A DNA stretch of 63,783 nt, the filler included, from Octopus bimaculoides (Eukaryota): the NCBI RefSeq assembly GCF_001194135.2. It is 7 parts of 7 records of this genome, joined end to end, with 100 filler letters (N's around TTAATTAATTAA, not from the genome) between each part and the next. Parts side by side here need not be neighbours in the genome. Positions count along the whole stretch, not along the records: positions 1 to 14,171 come from NC_069006.1; 6 more parts are not named here. One strand, given 5' to 3'. Under the pieces are notes generated by a model. The model worked only from the letters and a program-made list of their open reading frames with translations, was not told the origin of the DNA and did not search any database. Shown here piece after piece: positions 1 through 12,333 of the stretch. The position numbers and the translations under genes were made by a program. Position 1 is the first letter of the stretch. Each line of letters begins with the position of its first letter.

Positions 1-329
1 GTTTATTTCCCAAAATGTTAATATCACTGTGACCCATTAGACATTTTTTTTTATTGTTGGTGTTTATTGTGGTGTAGTTCAAAATGTTTGACATTTGCTG
101 GTGTTGAGATGTGTGATCTGAAAGTTGTTGGTGTGAATTAGGCTGTGTTTGTGGTGGTGGTGGCGGCGGTGGTGGTGGCGGTGGTGGCAACGGCGGCGGT
201 GCAAATGATGTTGTTGATGGCACTAGTGTGGATGCATTTGTTGGAGGTATTTGAGGATTTGTTTTCGATGGTCTCTCCCCATTTGGTCACATCTCACAGT
301 TTTTGAGTTGATATTGGTGTTACTTTGTT

Positions 330-1330
330 TCTTTTTCTTTTGTTTGATCTGCGAACCTTTTGCCAATTAGGGTCTTCCTGCTTCCTTTCTCTGCAGGACA
401 TGTCTGATTGCTCCAAGCAGAGAATGGGTAAATCTTGTGGAGCCTTTTGTGAGTCAGCTGTTGATAAAGTTGTTGTTGTTGTTTCTTGGGCTATTCTGAT
501 GTTGTTGTTTTTGTTGCTTTGTTATATTTGATGCTGTTGCTTCCATTGTTTTTACTTCTTGTTATAGCAGCTACTGTTGTCGGTGCTTCTGTTTTCTGCA
601 GCTGTAGTAGTGTGATGGTTTTGCTGCTGTTGTTGTTGTGGTGGTGGTGTGGAGAAAGCTGTGGGGCTCAGTTCTCTCTCTGTGGGCAGAAAATCCTGAG
701 GTGATTTGAGTTTCTGCACAGGTGATATCTTGGAGCTTTGTGCTATTTGATAGGCTCGTGTAGTCCAGGATAGCCTCGAAGTTTTGTTGTTCAGCCTGTA
801 TTAGTAGCTGCTTCCCCAATCCTAACCAGTTCTACTTCTACATTCTCTGTATTTGCAAAATCATGGTTTTCTCTTCTATGTCAAGGAAAATTGCAGCCAC
901 CAACCAGCTGATGTTTATTTCTGGTGGGAGTATTCTAACTTTGAATGCACGTCTGCCAAGGAAGATGGGAATAACCATAAGTGCGTCACTCGGTAGGACG
1001 ACTGTTGAGTGATTTTTGGCCTTCTCCTCCTCTTGGGCAGTCCTCTATTTCTTTCCTATGGTTACATAAGCTTTGCTCTTCAAAACCGATCTTAAACATT
1101 TTTCAATTTGCTGTTCTGTTGCCTGCTCTACTCTCCTACATTTGGCTCCAATTCTTTTCTATAGAACTATCTGAAAATTAATTTCTTGATGGACAATTCT
1201 AGGAATATTTAGTGCCTCATTTCTCCAACATGCATTTACCACATTTGAATTCACTTTCGTTTATAAAAATGTCTTCTCTTACTTTTCTGGTCACTTCTAC
1301 AAAATCGAACTCGTTTACAGTGGATTTGCA
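330..1330 (-). mobile_element. Decayed non-LTR retrotransposon ORF1/gag-like remnant with low-complexity flanks
   Basis: Frameshifted minus-strand peptide (DALMVIPIFLGRRAFKVRILPPEINISWLVAAI... GAIRHVLQR, a degenerate zinc-knuckle-like segment) embedded in (GTT)n/(GGT)n tracts. Confidence 0.35.
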
Positions 1331-1365
1331 TGGTTGGTTTTCCTTGTCTTCTTTCATTAATGATG

Positions 1366-1399
<34 letters not shown>

Positions 1400-2035
1400 A
1401 CTTGATGCTATTGGTGGTTGTGTTCTGGCTTATGTTGTTGCATTTTGTTGTCATTGATTCCTTTTCCTCCTGCAATGGTGAAGGTGACAGTAAAAGCAAA
1501 GGAAAATTGCTGTCATAGACTTCACGTAAGGTGTTGTTGCTGTTGCTGTTGTTGTGGCTGGTTTTTCTACGNNNNNNNNNNNNNNNNNNNNNNNNNNNNN
1601 NNNNNNNNNNNNNNNNNNNNNNNNNNNNNNNNNNNNNNNNNNNNNNNNNNNNNNNNNNNNNNNNNNNNNNNNNNNNNNNNNNNNNNNNNNNNNNNNNNNN
1701 NNNNNNNNNNNNNNNNNNNNNNNNNNNNNNNNNNNNNNNNNNNNNNNNNNNNNNNNNNNNNNNNNNNNNNNNNNNNNNNNNNNNNNNNNNNNNNNNNNNN
1801 NNNNNNNNNNNNNNNNNNNNNNNNNNNNNNNNNNNNNNNNNNNNNNNNNNNNNNNNNNNNNNNNNNNNNNNNNNNNNNNNNNNNNNNNNNNNNNNNNNNN
1901 NNNNNNNNNNNNNNNNNNNNNNNNNNNNNNNNNNNNNNNNNNNNNNNNNNNNNNNNNNNNNNNNNNNNNNNNNNNNNNNNNNNNNNNNNNNNNNNNNNNN
2001 NNNNNNNNNNNNNNNNNNNNNNNNNNNNNNNNNNN

Positions 2036-2039
2036 ATAA

Positions 2040-2136
<97 letters not shown>

Positions 2137-2152
2137 CATTATTATTATTATA
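2036..2152. repeat. (AAT)n followed by (TAT)n microsatellite
   Basis: Directly visible trinucleotide arrays in opposite orientation. Confidence 0.95.
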
Positions 2153-2398
2153 AATTTTAGAAATAAATAAATACAAAGTGAGTAATCTTTTTTTCAAAAC
2201 TCTTTTATTCTTACATTTCTTTATTAAGCTGAAAAATATAATGAGAAATTATTGAATATTTTATTTAAAAATTATTCATTATTTAATATATTCTTCAAAT
2301 TTTCTTGGTGATGATCTCACCGACTGAAAGAAAATAAAATATAATTTCTGAAATTCAAACAAAAAGGAAAAAAGCAAGAACAATTTGCTAAATATAAA

Positions 2399-2770
2399 GG
2401 GAGAGGTGTGGCTGTGTGGTAAGAAGCTTGCTTCTCAAAATCTTGGTTCTGGGTTCAGTCCCGCCACGTGGCACCTCAATTTTGCCTTGGGCTGACCAAA
2501 GCCTTGTGAGTGGATTTAGCTGATGGAAACTGAAAGAAGCCCGTTGTGTGTGTGAATACATGTGTGTGTGTGTGTGTTTTTGTGTCTGTGTTTGTTCCAC
2601 ACCACATTTGGTTCATTTACGTCCCTGTAACTTAGCAGTTTAGCAAAAGAGACTGGTGAAATATGTACCAGGCCTCAGAAAAAAGTCCTGGAGACAATTT
2701 CTTCAGCTGCAATTCTTCGTAGCAGTGCTCCAGCCTGGCCACAGTCCAATGACTGAAACAAGCAGAAGAG
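2399..2770 (+). mobile_element. Bipartite tRNA-derived SINE (family B: head GGCTGTGTGGTAAG..GGTTCAGTCC, internal microsatellite, 3' tail)
   Basis: A/B-box-like head and tail ending atgactgaaacaag. Other copies or parts at about 6625-6745(-), 23080-23335(+), 37240-37380(-), 45340-45680(-), 55200-55370(+), 61475-61665(-), 62410-62450(-). Confidence 0.8.
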
Positions 2771-2870
2771 AAAGGGTTGAAATTTTATATGTGTCTATAT
2801 TTGATAGACTGCGAGTAAAGTTGTTCAATAACAGGTTTATCAAGAGGTTGAGGGGTTGTCTTTTTTTTAT

Positions 2871-2963
2871 CTATTGCATGACATAAGAAACACTGCCATC
2901 TTCTGCAGATGCTGTAATTAATGGTTTTGTATCTATGTCTTCATAACAATCTTCAGAGTTTTG
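2871..2963 (-). CDS. Candidate terminal exon (QNSEDCYEDIDTKPLITASAEDGSVSYVMQ*)
   Basis: ttgttcttccaaaAG acceptor, in phase with 3044-3106, ends in TAG. Composition is protein-like. Confidence 0.35.
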   Translation of the reverse strand, partial: QNSEDCYEDIDTKPLITASAEDGSVSYVMQ

Positions 2964-3043
2964 CTTTTGGAAGAACAATTCTTGGCCAGGTAAATAGATT
3001 ACATGATTTCACAAAAAGCTTAGGTAGAAATAGAAATACATAC

Positions 3044-3106
3044 CTCAGTAACATCACTAATATCGATTGGTATATAATTCCCTTTGGAAAACAATTTCCA
3101 ATATAT
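3044..3106 (-). CDS. Candidate penultimate exon (IYWKLFSKGNYIPIDISDVTE)
   Basis: tttAG acceptor (weak tract) and GAG|GTATGT donor; 63 nt, phase 0 to 0; followed by an 80-nt GT-AG intron. Confidence 0.35.
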
Positions 3107-4214
3107 CTAAATTGTTCTATTTGGCATTGGCTGAACATTTTCCAAAAGACAGTAAATAATTTAGAATATTTAATAAACATAAGTTCAGACTAGCCTCTTT
3201 TTAAGAGCAGAAATCTAGCACAAATTATAGCGGCACACAATGCCAGTAGATTAAACAGTTTCCTGATAAACTATAACAACAATAGTAACCAAAATAATTA
3301 TTATAGATCAGTAAATAGCAAGAATTCCAACATGAGTGAACAAACCAGCTAGGTATCAGGAGAGGAACTATGGTTTGACAACCAATAAAACTGAAGCTAC
3401 CCAAACAAACACCTGCATTAGCCTGGAAGTGGCAGGTGTGAACCCTAGAAAGCGCAGTACTCAGAACGTTGTTTATGTGGGAAAGAAGAAGATGTTAGAA
3501 GAGAGACGGGAGAATTTACAAACCCCCTCTAGTGAAGCTGAAGCAGAAACTATTAATGGAATTAATAGAACTATTAAATGTGATTGTGAAAGGAACAGGG
3601 TTTGTCAGTGTTAACTGTGTAGATATAAAAATATTGTTGTCAAAGTTCAAAAGGGGCTGGAAACAGCTGATGGGGATCCAACATCAGCAGCTGAACACAA
3701 AATGCATGCACGGGTTTCTTATACCTCCAGAACAAATAACATTGTATAAAATGTCCTGGAAATAAACTCTTGGAAACCTGAAAATTCTCTTGTGGCCATC
3801 AATATATATAGAAGCTCATGCAGGGACCACAACAGATGCCACTCTGAAACCAAGAGAGTTGTCTATGAAGCTGGGGAACTAGCAGACCCTAATAGCAGCA
3901 GCAACATCAGCAGCTTCCTCAAAGGCTACTATGGTAACAGGGTCAACAGTACCAATATTAGCAGCAGTAGAGGTACGAAAAGAACCAGCGGCAGCACCAT
4001 CACCAGCGATAACAGCAATAACAACATCAGCGACAGCAATGGCAGTATCTCTAATGGAAATGGCATCAGAGCCATCACCAATGATATCTATAACAGCAAT
4101 GACGACAATTACAACAACAACAACACCACTACCGCCACCAGTAGTATCAGCCCCCAACACCATCACCACCTCCAATGATACCAACACCAACATATACAGT
4201 ACTGCCAACTCCTG

Positions 4215-4420
4215 AACATGGTGATAAATCAGATGCTCCTGTAACACATTCAAGCAATGCTTCTCCAACCACAGATCCTCCTTTAGGACAGAAAGGGAGA
4301 TACGGTACTTCATTAGCCAGCCATGTATTGCACCTGAAGGACGATGGGATTCCACACACAATATCATGGACAATGCTAGAAAATCCAAACCCCTATATAA
4401 ATGGGACCAGGCATAACGGA
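4215..4420 (+). mobile_element. Penelope-like element GIY-YIG C-terminal fragment
   Basis: TSLASHVLHLKDDGIPHTISWTMLENPNPY matches the T-x-LS-x-(Y/H)-x-W-x-LK...I-x-W-x-I...PY tail of PLE endonucleases. Confidence 0.55.
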
Positions 4421-4617
4421 ACAGGTGAAAATACTAATATGTACTATATATGTAAATATATACATATATATATATATAAATATATGTATATATAGATGTA
4501 TGTATATCTACATATATATACATGTACATATATGTATATATGTGTGTATATACATACATATAGGTATATAAGGATATCGATTTTCTGTGGACATCAGTAT
4601 ATATATATATATATATA

Positions 4618-4841
4618 TGCCAGAAGGGAGGCTAGGCGACAGGTTTATTTAGCCAGAGGGGAAGCAGATAAGGAAAGATTTGCCAATGTTCTGCGCCGTG
4701 AGGACCAAAGACTCGAGGTATTTCGGGTTGCAAGACAGTGTAGGAGAGAGAATAGTGATGTTGTAGGAGAGAAATGTGTTCGCATGGATGATGGTACGCT
4801 TGCATTAAATGAGGATGCAAAGAAAGAGGTCTGGAGATGCC
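4618..4841 (+). mobile_element. RTE-clade LINE ORF fragment (between endonuclease and RT)
   Basis: [59 protein letters not shown]...KKEVW. Confidence 0.7.
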
Positions 4842-6199
4842 NNNNNNNNNNGTAAAGATTGATGATGTATATCCTTTACCTGATGACAATGATTCAGAAG
4901 AATAACCTGATGACAGCAAGGAAGCCAATTACTAAAGAAGAAAAACATAAAAATACTCAATCATACAATATTTTATGTATATTTAAAGGGCAGCTGACAT
5001 AATTAATGTAATAATAATTAAGAAAAGAAAATTACCATCATTGAAAATTACTAATGTAATGAAAAGGAAATTCGTTAGTTTTGATAATAGCTGTGAAAAT
5101 CAAGGGAGACAATTCCTGGATGGAAATTGATAAAAATTGGAGATATGCTGTAGGAAGTGAATCTGATTATTGGTAGGTATGGAGACAACTCTAGACATGT
5201 TTTGGTGTTATAAGGACCTTTTCAGTAAAGTATAGTGATATTTGTTGTTCCCAGACCTCACACTGTCTCCAATGATGACCTTCAACATGCTTGAACAACC
5301 AATCCCAACAATTTCGGATTCATAGTAAGGGTTGTACTCTTCATCTTTTCAATCGCTAAATACTAAACGTGGTTGACAAAAACCTCCATTCATTTCTCTT
5401 CTGTCACAGAATCACTACAACATTGGTCTTTTGACTTGGAAAATCTTCAATATGATTTTCAGAGTTAATTAAATAAATATTTAGGTGTGGAGAAGTTATT
5501 ATTTTAAGTTTGTTAGCCCCACTTAACTCTCTGTCTTTCATCCAGACATTCTCGATGCAGTTATTAAAGTGACAGACATCAAATATCTTTTACTAATTTC
5601 TCCATTATTTTCAATATCAATTAAAACAAAGATAGAGTATTTGATTAGAAATATAATCACAAACGAGTTAAATTAATTCAGACATTCTTGGTGCTGTTAT
5701 TAAACAGTCGATTAAATTCAGAGTTAAGCTTTGACCAAAAAGGGACACTCCTACCCAATCATGACTGAATGGGACACCCATATTTTCAATTCTTGAAATT
5801 AAGTGGGTACCCAGACAATAATTACAAGGCTTCTATCAAATTAACTCACAAGGCATTGGTTTTTCTGGCTGGCCCAGGACTAGGGTACAAGACACATGAC
5901 AAAGGTGTCATGAAGTGGGNNNNNNNNNNNNNNNNNNNNNNNNNNNNNNNNNNNNNNNNNNNNNNNNNNNNNNNNNNNNNNNNNNNNNNNNNNNNNNNNN
6001 NNNNNNNNNNNNNNNNNNNNNNNNNNNNNNNNNNNNNNNNNNNNNNNNNNNNNNNNNNNNNNNNNNNNNNNNNNNNNNNNNNNNNNNNNNNNNNNNNNNN
6101 NNNNNNNNNNNNNNNNNNNNNNNNNNNNNNNNNNNNNNNNNNNNNNNNNNNNNNNNNNNNNNNNNNNNNNNNGTTTTAATAAGAAATCTGCACAAAATT

Positions 6200-6239
6200 C
6201 TCCAATATGCCCAATCATAATTATTAATTTGAGAAGACC

Positions 6240-6243
<4 letters not shown>
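6200..6243. mobile_element. Tc1-like terminal inverted repeat end abutting TA
   Basis: ...cataattattaatttgagaagaccatg-TA followed by (TA)n; resembles Tc1-family ends. Confidence 0.35.
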
Positions 6244-6328
<85 letters not shown>

Positions 6329-7074
6329 ATTAAAAAACAGAGAAAAAGAGAAAGGAAAACAAACATGAGGACATAGCACAAGAAATGTATTAGCAAGATA
6401 CTCAGAGAAGGCAAAGAGTAGTAGTTTTATGTTTCAAGCATAGCTCTTCTTCAGAAACAGTAAAAATAGGAAAGTCCAATAAGAAGGAGGTAAAAAATAC
6501 CAACAATCACTTGCTTTTACATATCCATACACATGTGGGGGTGTGTACATGCACACATATACACATATATTTATACAAATACACACACGCACACACATAT
6601 ATGTATAAATCTATATCTTCATGCACACAACAGGTTACTTTCAGCTTCCATCTACCAAATCCACTCACACGGTTTTGGTCAGCCAGAGGTTATTGTTGAA
6701 AAACTTGACCATTTGGTTGGGAAGCAAACTTCTTACCACATGACCATGTGTGAGCCTCATCATCATCATTATCATCGTTATCATCATCATCATCATTTAA
6801 CCTCAGATTTCCAAGCTGGCATGGGTTTGATGGTTTGAGAATATTTAAAAGCATGTGTGTGTGTGTGTGTATGTGTTTCATATAAATGATGTAACATTTG
6901 TTTCTCTTATTTAAAAACTACTCATTGACATCCAACGAAACTTCCATGGAATGATAACAACAGTCATATGCCCATGGTGTGTAAAAGATGTGAGGTTTTG
7001 CCCAAGTATAAGCAAACTGTGGCCATTTGCATGATTTTCATGAACATTTAGGGTTCCAGTTGTCTGATAACCGT

Positions 7075-8392
7075 GTAATTATGGGTCACAAATGTGACTT
7101 AACTGCTTCAGAGAAATCTGTTATTATGTTTGAACTTGCGAAAAGTAAATCAAAATTAGAAATTAGAAGAGATCACCAAATTGGAAAAGTTTGTTCTAGC
7201 ACCTTGTTGTTATTGGCACTCCGTCGCTTACGACGTCGAGGGTTCCAGTTGATCTGATCAACGGAACAGCCTGCTCATGAAATTAACGTGCAAGTGGCTG
7301 AGCACTCCACAGACACGTGTACCCTTAATGTAGTTCTCGGGGATATTCAGTGTGACACAGTGTGACAAGGTTGACCCTTTGAATTACAGGCACAACAGAA
7401 ACAGGAAGTAAGAGTGAGAGAAAGCTGTTGTGGAAGAGTACAGCAGGGTTCACCACCATCCCCTGCCGGAGCCTCGTGGAGCTTTTAGGTGTTTTCGTTC
7501 AATAAACACTCACAACGCCTGGTCTGGGAATTGAAACCACGATCCTATGACCGCGAGTCCGCTGCCCTAACCACTGTGCTGTTGCGTCTCCACTGTTCTA
7601 GCACCTACCACGATACTTAAAAGAGCCAACAAGGATCAGTCGAGGGCTTTTTCTCAACATTCTCTGTCACAAATTAAACATGAAGCTATAAAGAAGCCAG
7701 GTCTTACAAGTGGAGAACTTTCAAGTGCATTGGCATAACACCTGCATCCAGAACTACCTGATGTCATCTCCTGAAAAACGTCTGTAAACCAGTGACATCA
7801 ATTAAAATGCCTCCTTTTAAAAAATACACATACAAAATCATCTGAAATGGGCAGAAGATAACAAGAAGTTGGGCCTTTTCAAAAGTTTTCTTTATGGACA
7901 ATACTCTTGCTACCCTTGATTGACCTGATGGTTGGAGCGAGGGATGGGTTGTAAATGGACGAGATCGTCATCAACACTTGAGACACCAAGGAGGCATCAT
8001 GATCTGGGCTGGTATTTTTGGAAATATTATGGTTGGTCCTTGGAAAGTGTCTGATAGTGTTAAAATGCTTACATAGCCTTTCTGAGGGATTTACCTTGAA
8101 CCTTGGTTAAAAACAACAAAGGATCACCTTCAAGGCAACCATAATGTTCATGCAAGTTAATGTGTCCCCACACTCAGCAAAAAAACTACAGAGTATCTGC
8201 AACAGTTAGGCTTTGGTGGACCTCAAAAGATAAAGTGGCCTACCTGTTCCTCTGACTGAAACCCAATAGGAAATTAGTGGAGTATTCAAAAACCATGCAT
8301 TTACAAGAAAGGACACCAATTTAGGCAGGTAATAGTGGATGTATCTTATGGTATGAAATCAGAGGAGATCCAGAAACTAGCATGTTTCATGG
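7075..8392 (+). mobile_element. Decayed Tc1-like transposase, interrupted by a SINE
   Basis: MGHKCDLTASEKSV.. start; FSKVFFMD..LD*PDGWSEGWVVNG; GGIMIWAGI; FMQVNVSPHSAK; KWPTCSSD*NPIGN*W (WPPxSPDLNPIENxW-like); EEIQKLACFMD. Confidence 0.85.
7205..7593 (-). mobile_element. Full-length tRNA-derived SINE (family A) with 13-bp TSD
   Basis: TGTTCTAGCACCT at 7192-7204 and 7594-7606. Near-identical copies at 19582-19958(-) and 26811-27195(+). Confidence 0.9.
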
Positions 8393-8396
8393 ACTT

Positions 8397-9646
8397 TGTA
8401 AGGGACGACCGTGCGAACTCAAAAAGGAGAAATGGTGACGAATGGAAAAACAGAGGACTCCTTTTATTTAAACGCGTCACACGGTCGAACACAAAATAAT
8501 ATATCAGGTGATGATATACATGATCTGTTATGCAACGATAACATGGATGACCAGTAATGAAAGACCACAACCGTATTAGATGAATAACAGAGATATTTAT
8601 TGTAGCGTCAAAGATGTATGTCTGTGTGTGAGTGTGAATGCGACATATAAGAACATAATCAAAGACAGGCCGTCGTACAAAGAAAAGTGTGTATGTGAGT
8701 GATACATGTGTGTGTATGTGAATTATTACAGCAAATAGAAAGAGAGTCAGTAAATGACACGTGAGCAATCATACCAGTTCTTGGGTACACAATAATATGA
8801 ATCTGTATGTGAAGTGAGTTGGCTGAGTTTGGCAGAGCTGATCACTAGTTGTGATGTCGTGGCATCGATGCCGGGCCGTGATTCTNNNNNNNNNNNNNNN
8901 NNNNNNNNNNNNNNNNNNNNNNNNNNNNNNNNNNNNNNNNNNNNNNNNNNNNNNNNNNNNNNNNNNNNNNNNNNNNNNNNNNNNNNNNNNNNNNNNNNNN
9001 NNNNNNNNNNNNNNNNNNNNNNNNNNNNNNNNNNNNNNNNNNNNNNNNNNNNNNNNNNNNNNNNNNNNNNNNNNNNNNNNNNNNNNNNNNNNNNNNNNNN
9101 NNNNNNNNNNNNNNNNNNNNNNNNNNNNNNNNNNNNNNNNNNNNNNNNNNNNNNNNNNNNNNNNNNNNNNNNNNNNNNNNNNNNNNNNNNNNNNNNNNNN
9201 NNNNNNNNNNNNNNNNNNNNNNNNNNNNNNNNNNNNNNNNNNNNNNNNNNNNNNNNNNNNNNNNNNNNNNNNNNNNNNNNNNNNNNNNNNNNNNNNNNNN
9301 NNNNNNNNNNNNNNNNNNNNNNNNNNNNNNNNNNNNNNNNNNNNNNNNNNNNNNNNNNNNNNNNNNNNNNNNNNNNNNNNNNNNNNNNNNNNNNNNNNNN
9401 NNNNNNNNNNNNNNNNNNNNNNNNNNNNNGATAGAATTTTACTCTATCACGTGACCTTATTAGGGGCTGTGATTGGTCAGTTTGCGTTCTGGCGGGAACG
9501 GTTCGAAGAAGTTGCCGATTCGAATAATAATCAGTCACGTGATGACAAGGAATGGGTTCTCTACTACGCTTGCATTTATTTATATTTAAATGAGAAGAAT
9601 GGTGATAGCAGTTTTGTATCTAATGGCGGTAGGTAGTTTCACTACA
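8397..9646 (-). mobile_element. Solo LTR (Gypsy-type by TSD length), contains an assembly gap
   Basis: TGTA...TACA termini and 4-bp TSD ACTT (8393-8396, 9647-9650). On the minus strand, CCAAT and two CACGTG boxes lie in the 5' part and AATAAA in the 3' part. CpG-rich relative to flanks. Confidence 0.75.
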
Positions 9647-10284
9647 ACTTGTGCCTTTTCCAACTTATTTGAAACACAGGCTCATGCATCCCTTACTAAC
9701 CAGCTCATCAATCATTTTTAAATGCTGTTTGTTTGTTTATTTCTATTTCTTCCATGTTTATGACAGTATGTGTTCATTCCAGTGTGTACATCAAACAATT
9801 AAGTCGGTATTTTCCTGTTTACACGAGTTTTAATCACACCTCGCTAATAATTTGAAACAGGGAAAGTTTATGTAAAGTGGATCAATGGTTGTGGTTTCTG
9901 TGTTATTTTACAGATATTCACACTTTTATCCACCATGTGTATATAACTGTTGCCAACATTCTGTGAAAATCTCACCGAATCCCAATAGTTTTTAAATGAA
10001 ATTGAAAAATGTTGCATCATCAATAATTTGAAATGCATAATTCTCTCTTTTGGAATGGTGAAACTTGAAGTAGATAAAGCTATAAATAATTTTTTCAAAT
10101 TTTTGCCATAAGGGCAGCTTGGGAGAAATGGGGAGGAGTCGATCACATTGACCCCCCCACCCCTGTGTTTAATTGGTACTTATGGTTTCAAACTTAATAA
10201 TGGCAAAGCTATTTTACTAAATTCTTCCTTATTTTCAAAACTAATTGCAACAAAGACAAAGTTCTGTAAACCAGTGATATCCTC

Positions 10285-10990
10285 CTTCATACAAAATAAC
10301 AAGAAGTTGGGCTTTTCAAAAGTTTTGTTTATGGATGAAACTTGTGCTGCCCTTGATGGCCCTGATGGCCTGAGCGAGGGATAGGTTGTAAATGGACNNN
10401 NNNNNNNNNNNNNNNNNNNNNNNNNNNNNNNNNNNNNNNNNNNNNNNNNNNNNNNNNNNNNNNNNNNNNNNNNNNNNNNNNNNNNNNNNNNNNNNNNNNN
10501 NNNNNNNNNNNNNNNNNNNNNNNNNNNNNNNNNNNNNNNNNNNNNNNNNNNNNNNNNNNNNNNNNNNNNNNNNNNNNNNNNNNNNNNNNNNNNNNNNNNN
10601 NNNNNNNNNNNNNNNNNNNNNNNNNNNNNNNNNNNNNNNNNNNNNNNNNNNNNNNNNNNNNNNNNNNNNNNNNNNNNNNNNNNNNNNNNNNNNNNNNNNN
10701 NNNNNNNNNNNNNNNNNNNNNNNNNNNNNNNNNNNNNNNNNNNNNNNNNNNNNNNNNNNNNNNNNNNNNNNNNNNNNNNNNNNNNNNNNNNNNNNNNNNN
10801 NNNNNNNNNNNNNNNNNNNNNNNNNNNNNNNNNNNNNNNNNNNNNNNNNNNNNNNNNNNNNNNNNNNNNNNNNNNNNNNNNNNNNNNNNNNNNNNNNNNN
10901 NNNNNNNNNNNNNNNNNNNNNNNNNNNNNNNNNNNNNNNNNNNNNNNNNNNNNNNNNNNNNNNNNNNNNNNNNNNNNNNGGGAAAGTGTG
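10285..10990 (+). mobile_element. Second fragment of the same Tc1-like family, spanning a gap
   Basis: aacaagaagttgggcttttcaaaagttttgtttatggatgaaac..gtaaatggac matches about 7860-7960. Translates FSKVLFMDETCAALDGPDGLSEG. Confidence 0.75.
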
Positions 10991-11319
10991 AACCCAGTCA
11001 TTTTGAAGTATGAAATTCACTTCCATAAAACATGTAGCCTGACTCCCTAACATCTCTACATGTTTTCTCTCTAACATTCAGGTTTCTCGGTCAAATGTAA
11101 TGCTTATTGATTCACATTGGTTTGAAATAATCATGTTTTATTTCATAGCTTCAAGATTTCGATGATGTGATGGTTTATTGTTAGAACAAGATTGTAGGGT
11201 AGGTGTGAGAGGTCAGATATGGCTGGTTTGAACATAAAACAGGGAGAATATTGGGGCTGGATATGATATGGTCGTTTTAAATGCTAAAGGGTTAAAGTAG
11301 GTTAAGAAAATATTTTTAC

Positions 11320-11546
11320 TTCATTGATTCTCAGAGATTTATCATCAAAATGGAGATTTATATTTGTAATTTCTTCATCTTCATAAGTCTTTAGATTAAA
11401 ATACTTAATATAGCTATCTCCATATGTAGAGAAATAGTCCCATCTCAAATATCTAGTGAAAGACGTTAACGTGTCTTGGATTATTTCTACGGAGAAATTT
11501 CGTCCATGTTTTTCAGGAGAAATAATTTTCAACAACCAATTCTTGG
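11320..11546 (-). CDS. Candidate internal exon of an unidentified protein (KNWLLKIISPEKHGRNFSVEIIQDTLTSFTRYLRWDYFSTYGDSYIKYFNLKTYEDEEITNINLHFDDKSLRINE)
   Basis: Minus-strand ttctatatttttatttcAG acceptor, 75 stop-free non-repetitive codons in very AT-rich DNA, GAA|GTAAAA donor. Several CpGs are retained in a CpG-poor neighbourhood. No family recognised. Confidence 0.45.
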
Positions 11547-11825
11547 CTGAAATAAAAATATAGAAAATACGACTTTTAGATTTTGTGTGTATACATACAT
11601 ATATACATACATACATACATACATATATTTGTCTGTGTTAACTACATCTCAAAGATGGAGCCTTGTATCTTTGTTGGAAACCAGATTTATGATAATTAAA
11701 GAATAGAAGAGATACACAAGCATACATACATACATACATACATACATACATACATACATACAAGCATTCATACATACAAGCATATATACATACTTACACA
11801 TATCCATACATAGATATATATACAT

Positions 11826-11938
11826 ACATCATCATCATCATCATCATCGTTTAACGTCCGCTTTCCATGCTAGCATGGGTTGGACGATTTGACTGAGGAC
11901 TGGTGAAACCGGATGGCAACACCAGGCTCCAGTCTGAT
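11826..11938 (-). mobile_element. RTE-related 3'-end repeat (family F; (CAT)n-cgtttaacgtccgctttccatgctagcatggg)
   Basis: Same sequence recurs at about 13928-14143, 35571-36278, 37905-38270 (opposite strand) and 40105-40330. The (GAT)n tail defines the orientation. Confidence 0.75.
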
Positions 11939-12333
11939 ACAAACATACACACACACATAGAAGCATATACATACACACACATAAATAGATTGAAGTAAAA
12001 ATTACAAAGCAAGAAGAAACCACTGGTAGCTTCCTCTGATAGGCAGCCTCACCATCACAGTTTTCAGTTGCCGTTCTAGCCAGTCTTTTAGTGGTGAACC
12101 AAAGTGAGCATTCATACTACACACATGCATTTGTGCATTATATCTAAATATATATAAATATATTTACACACACACACACACACAAACATATATATCCACA
12201 CACACACATATGTATGTATATATATATATAATAATATTAGGGACAAAATCCAAAATTACAGGTAAAAACTCAATTAAAATCAATTTATAAAAAATTAAAA
12301 TTAAATTGAGTTTTACAGATTAAAATATATATA

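Noticed and set aside
3792-4388. Overlapping 94-169 aa ORFs rich in S/T/N/A
   Set aside because: Low-complexity CAG/CAA-rich DNA open in several frames on both strands, adjoining transposon remnants.
4852-4905. VKIDDVYPLPDDNDSEE* after a small gap
   Set aside because: Too short, and the 5' context is missing.
5566-5675. Plus-strand acceptor and ORF DILDAVIKVTDIKYLLL...
   Set aside because: Good pyrimidine tract but no partner exon or recognisable protein.
8397-8553. Plus-strand ORF ending ...DLLCNDNMDDQ* as a terminal exon
   Set aside because: Within the same solo LTR.
9430-9640. Housekeeping-type promoter with CCAAT, E-boxes and ATGGCG|GTAGGT first exon
   Set aside because: It lies inside a TG...CA unit with an ACTT TSD, so it is better explained as LTR U3 sequence.
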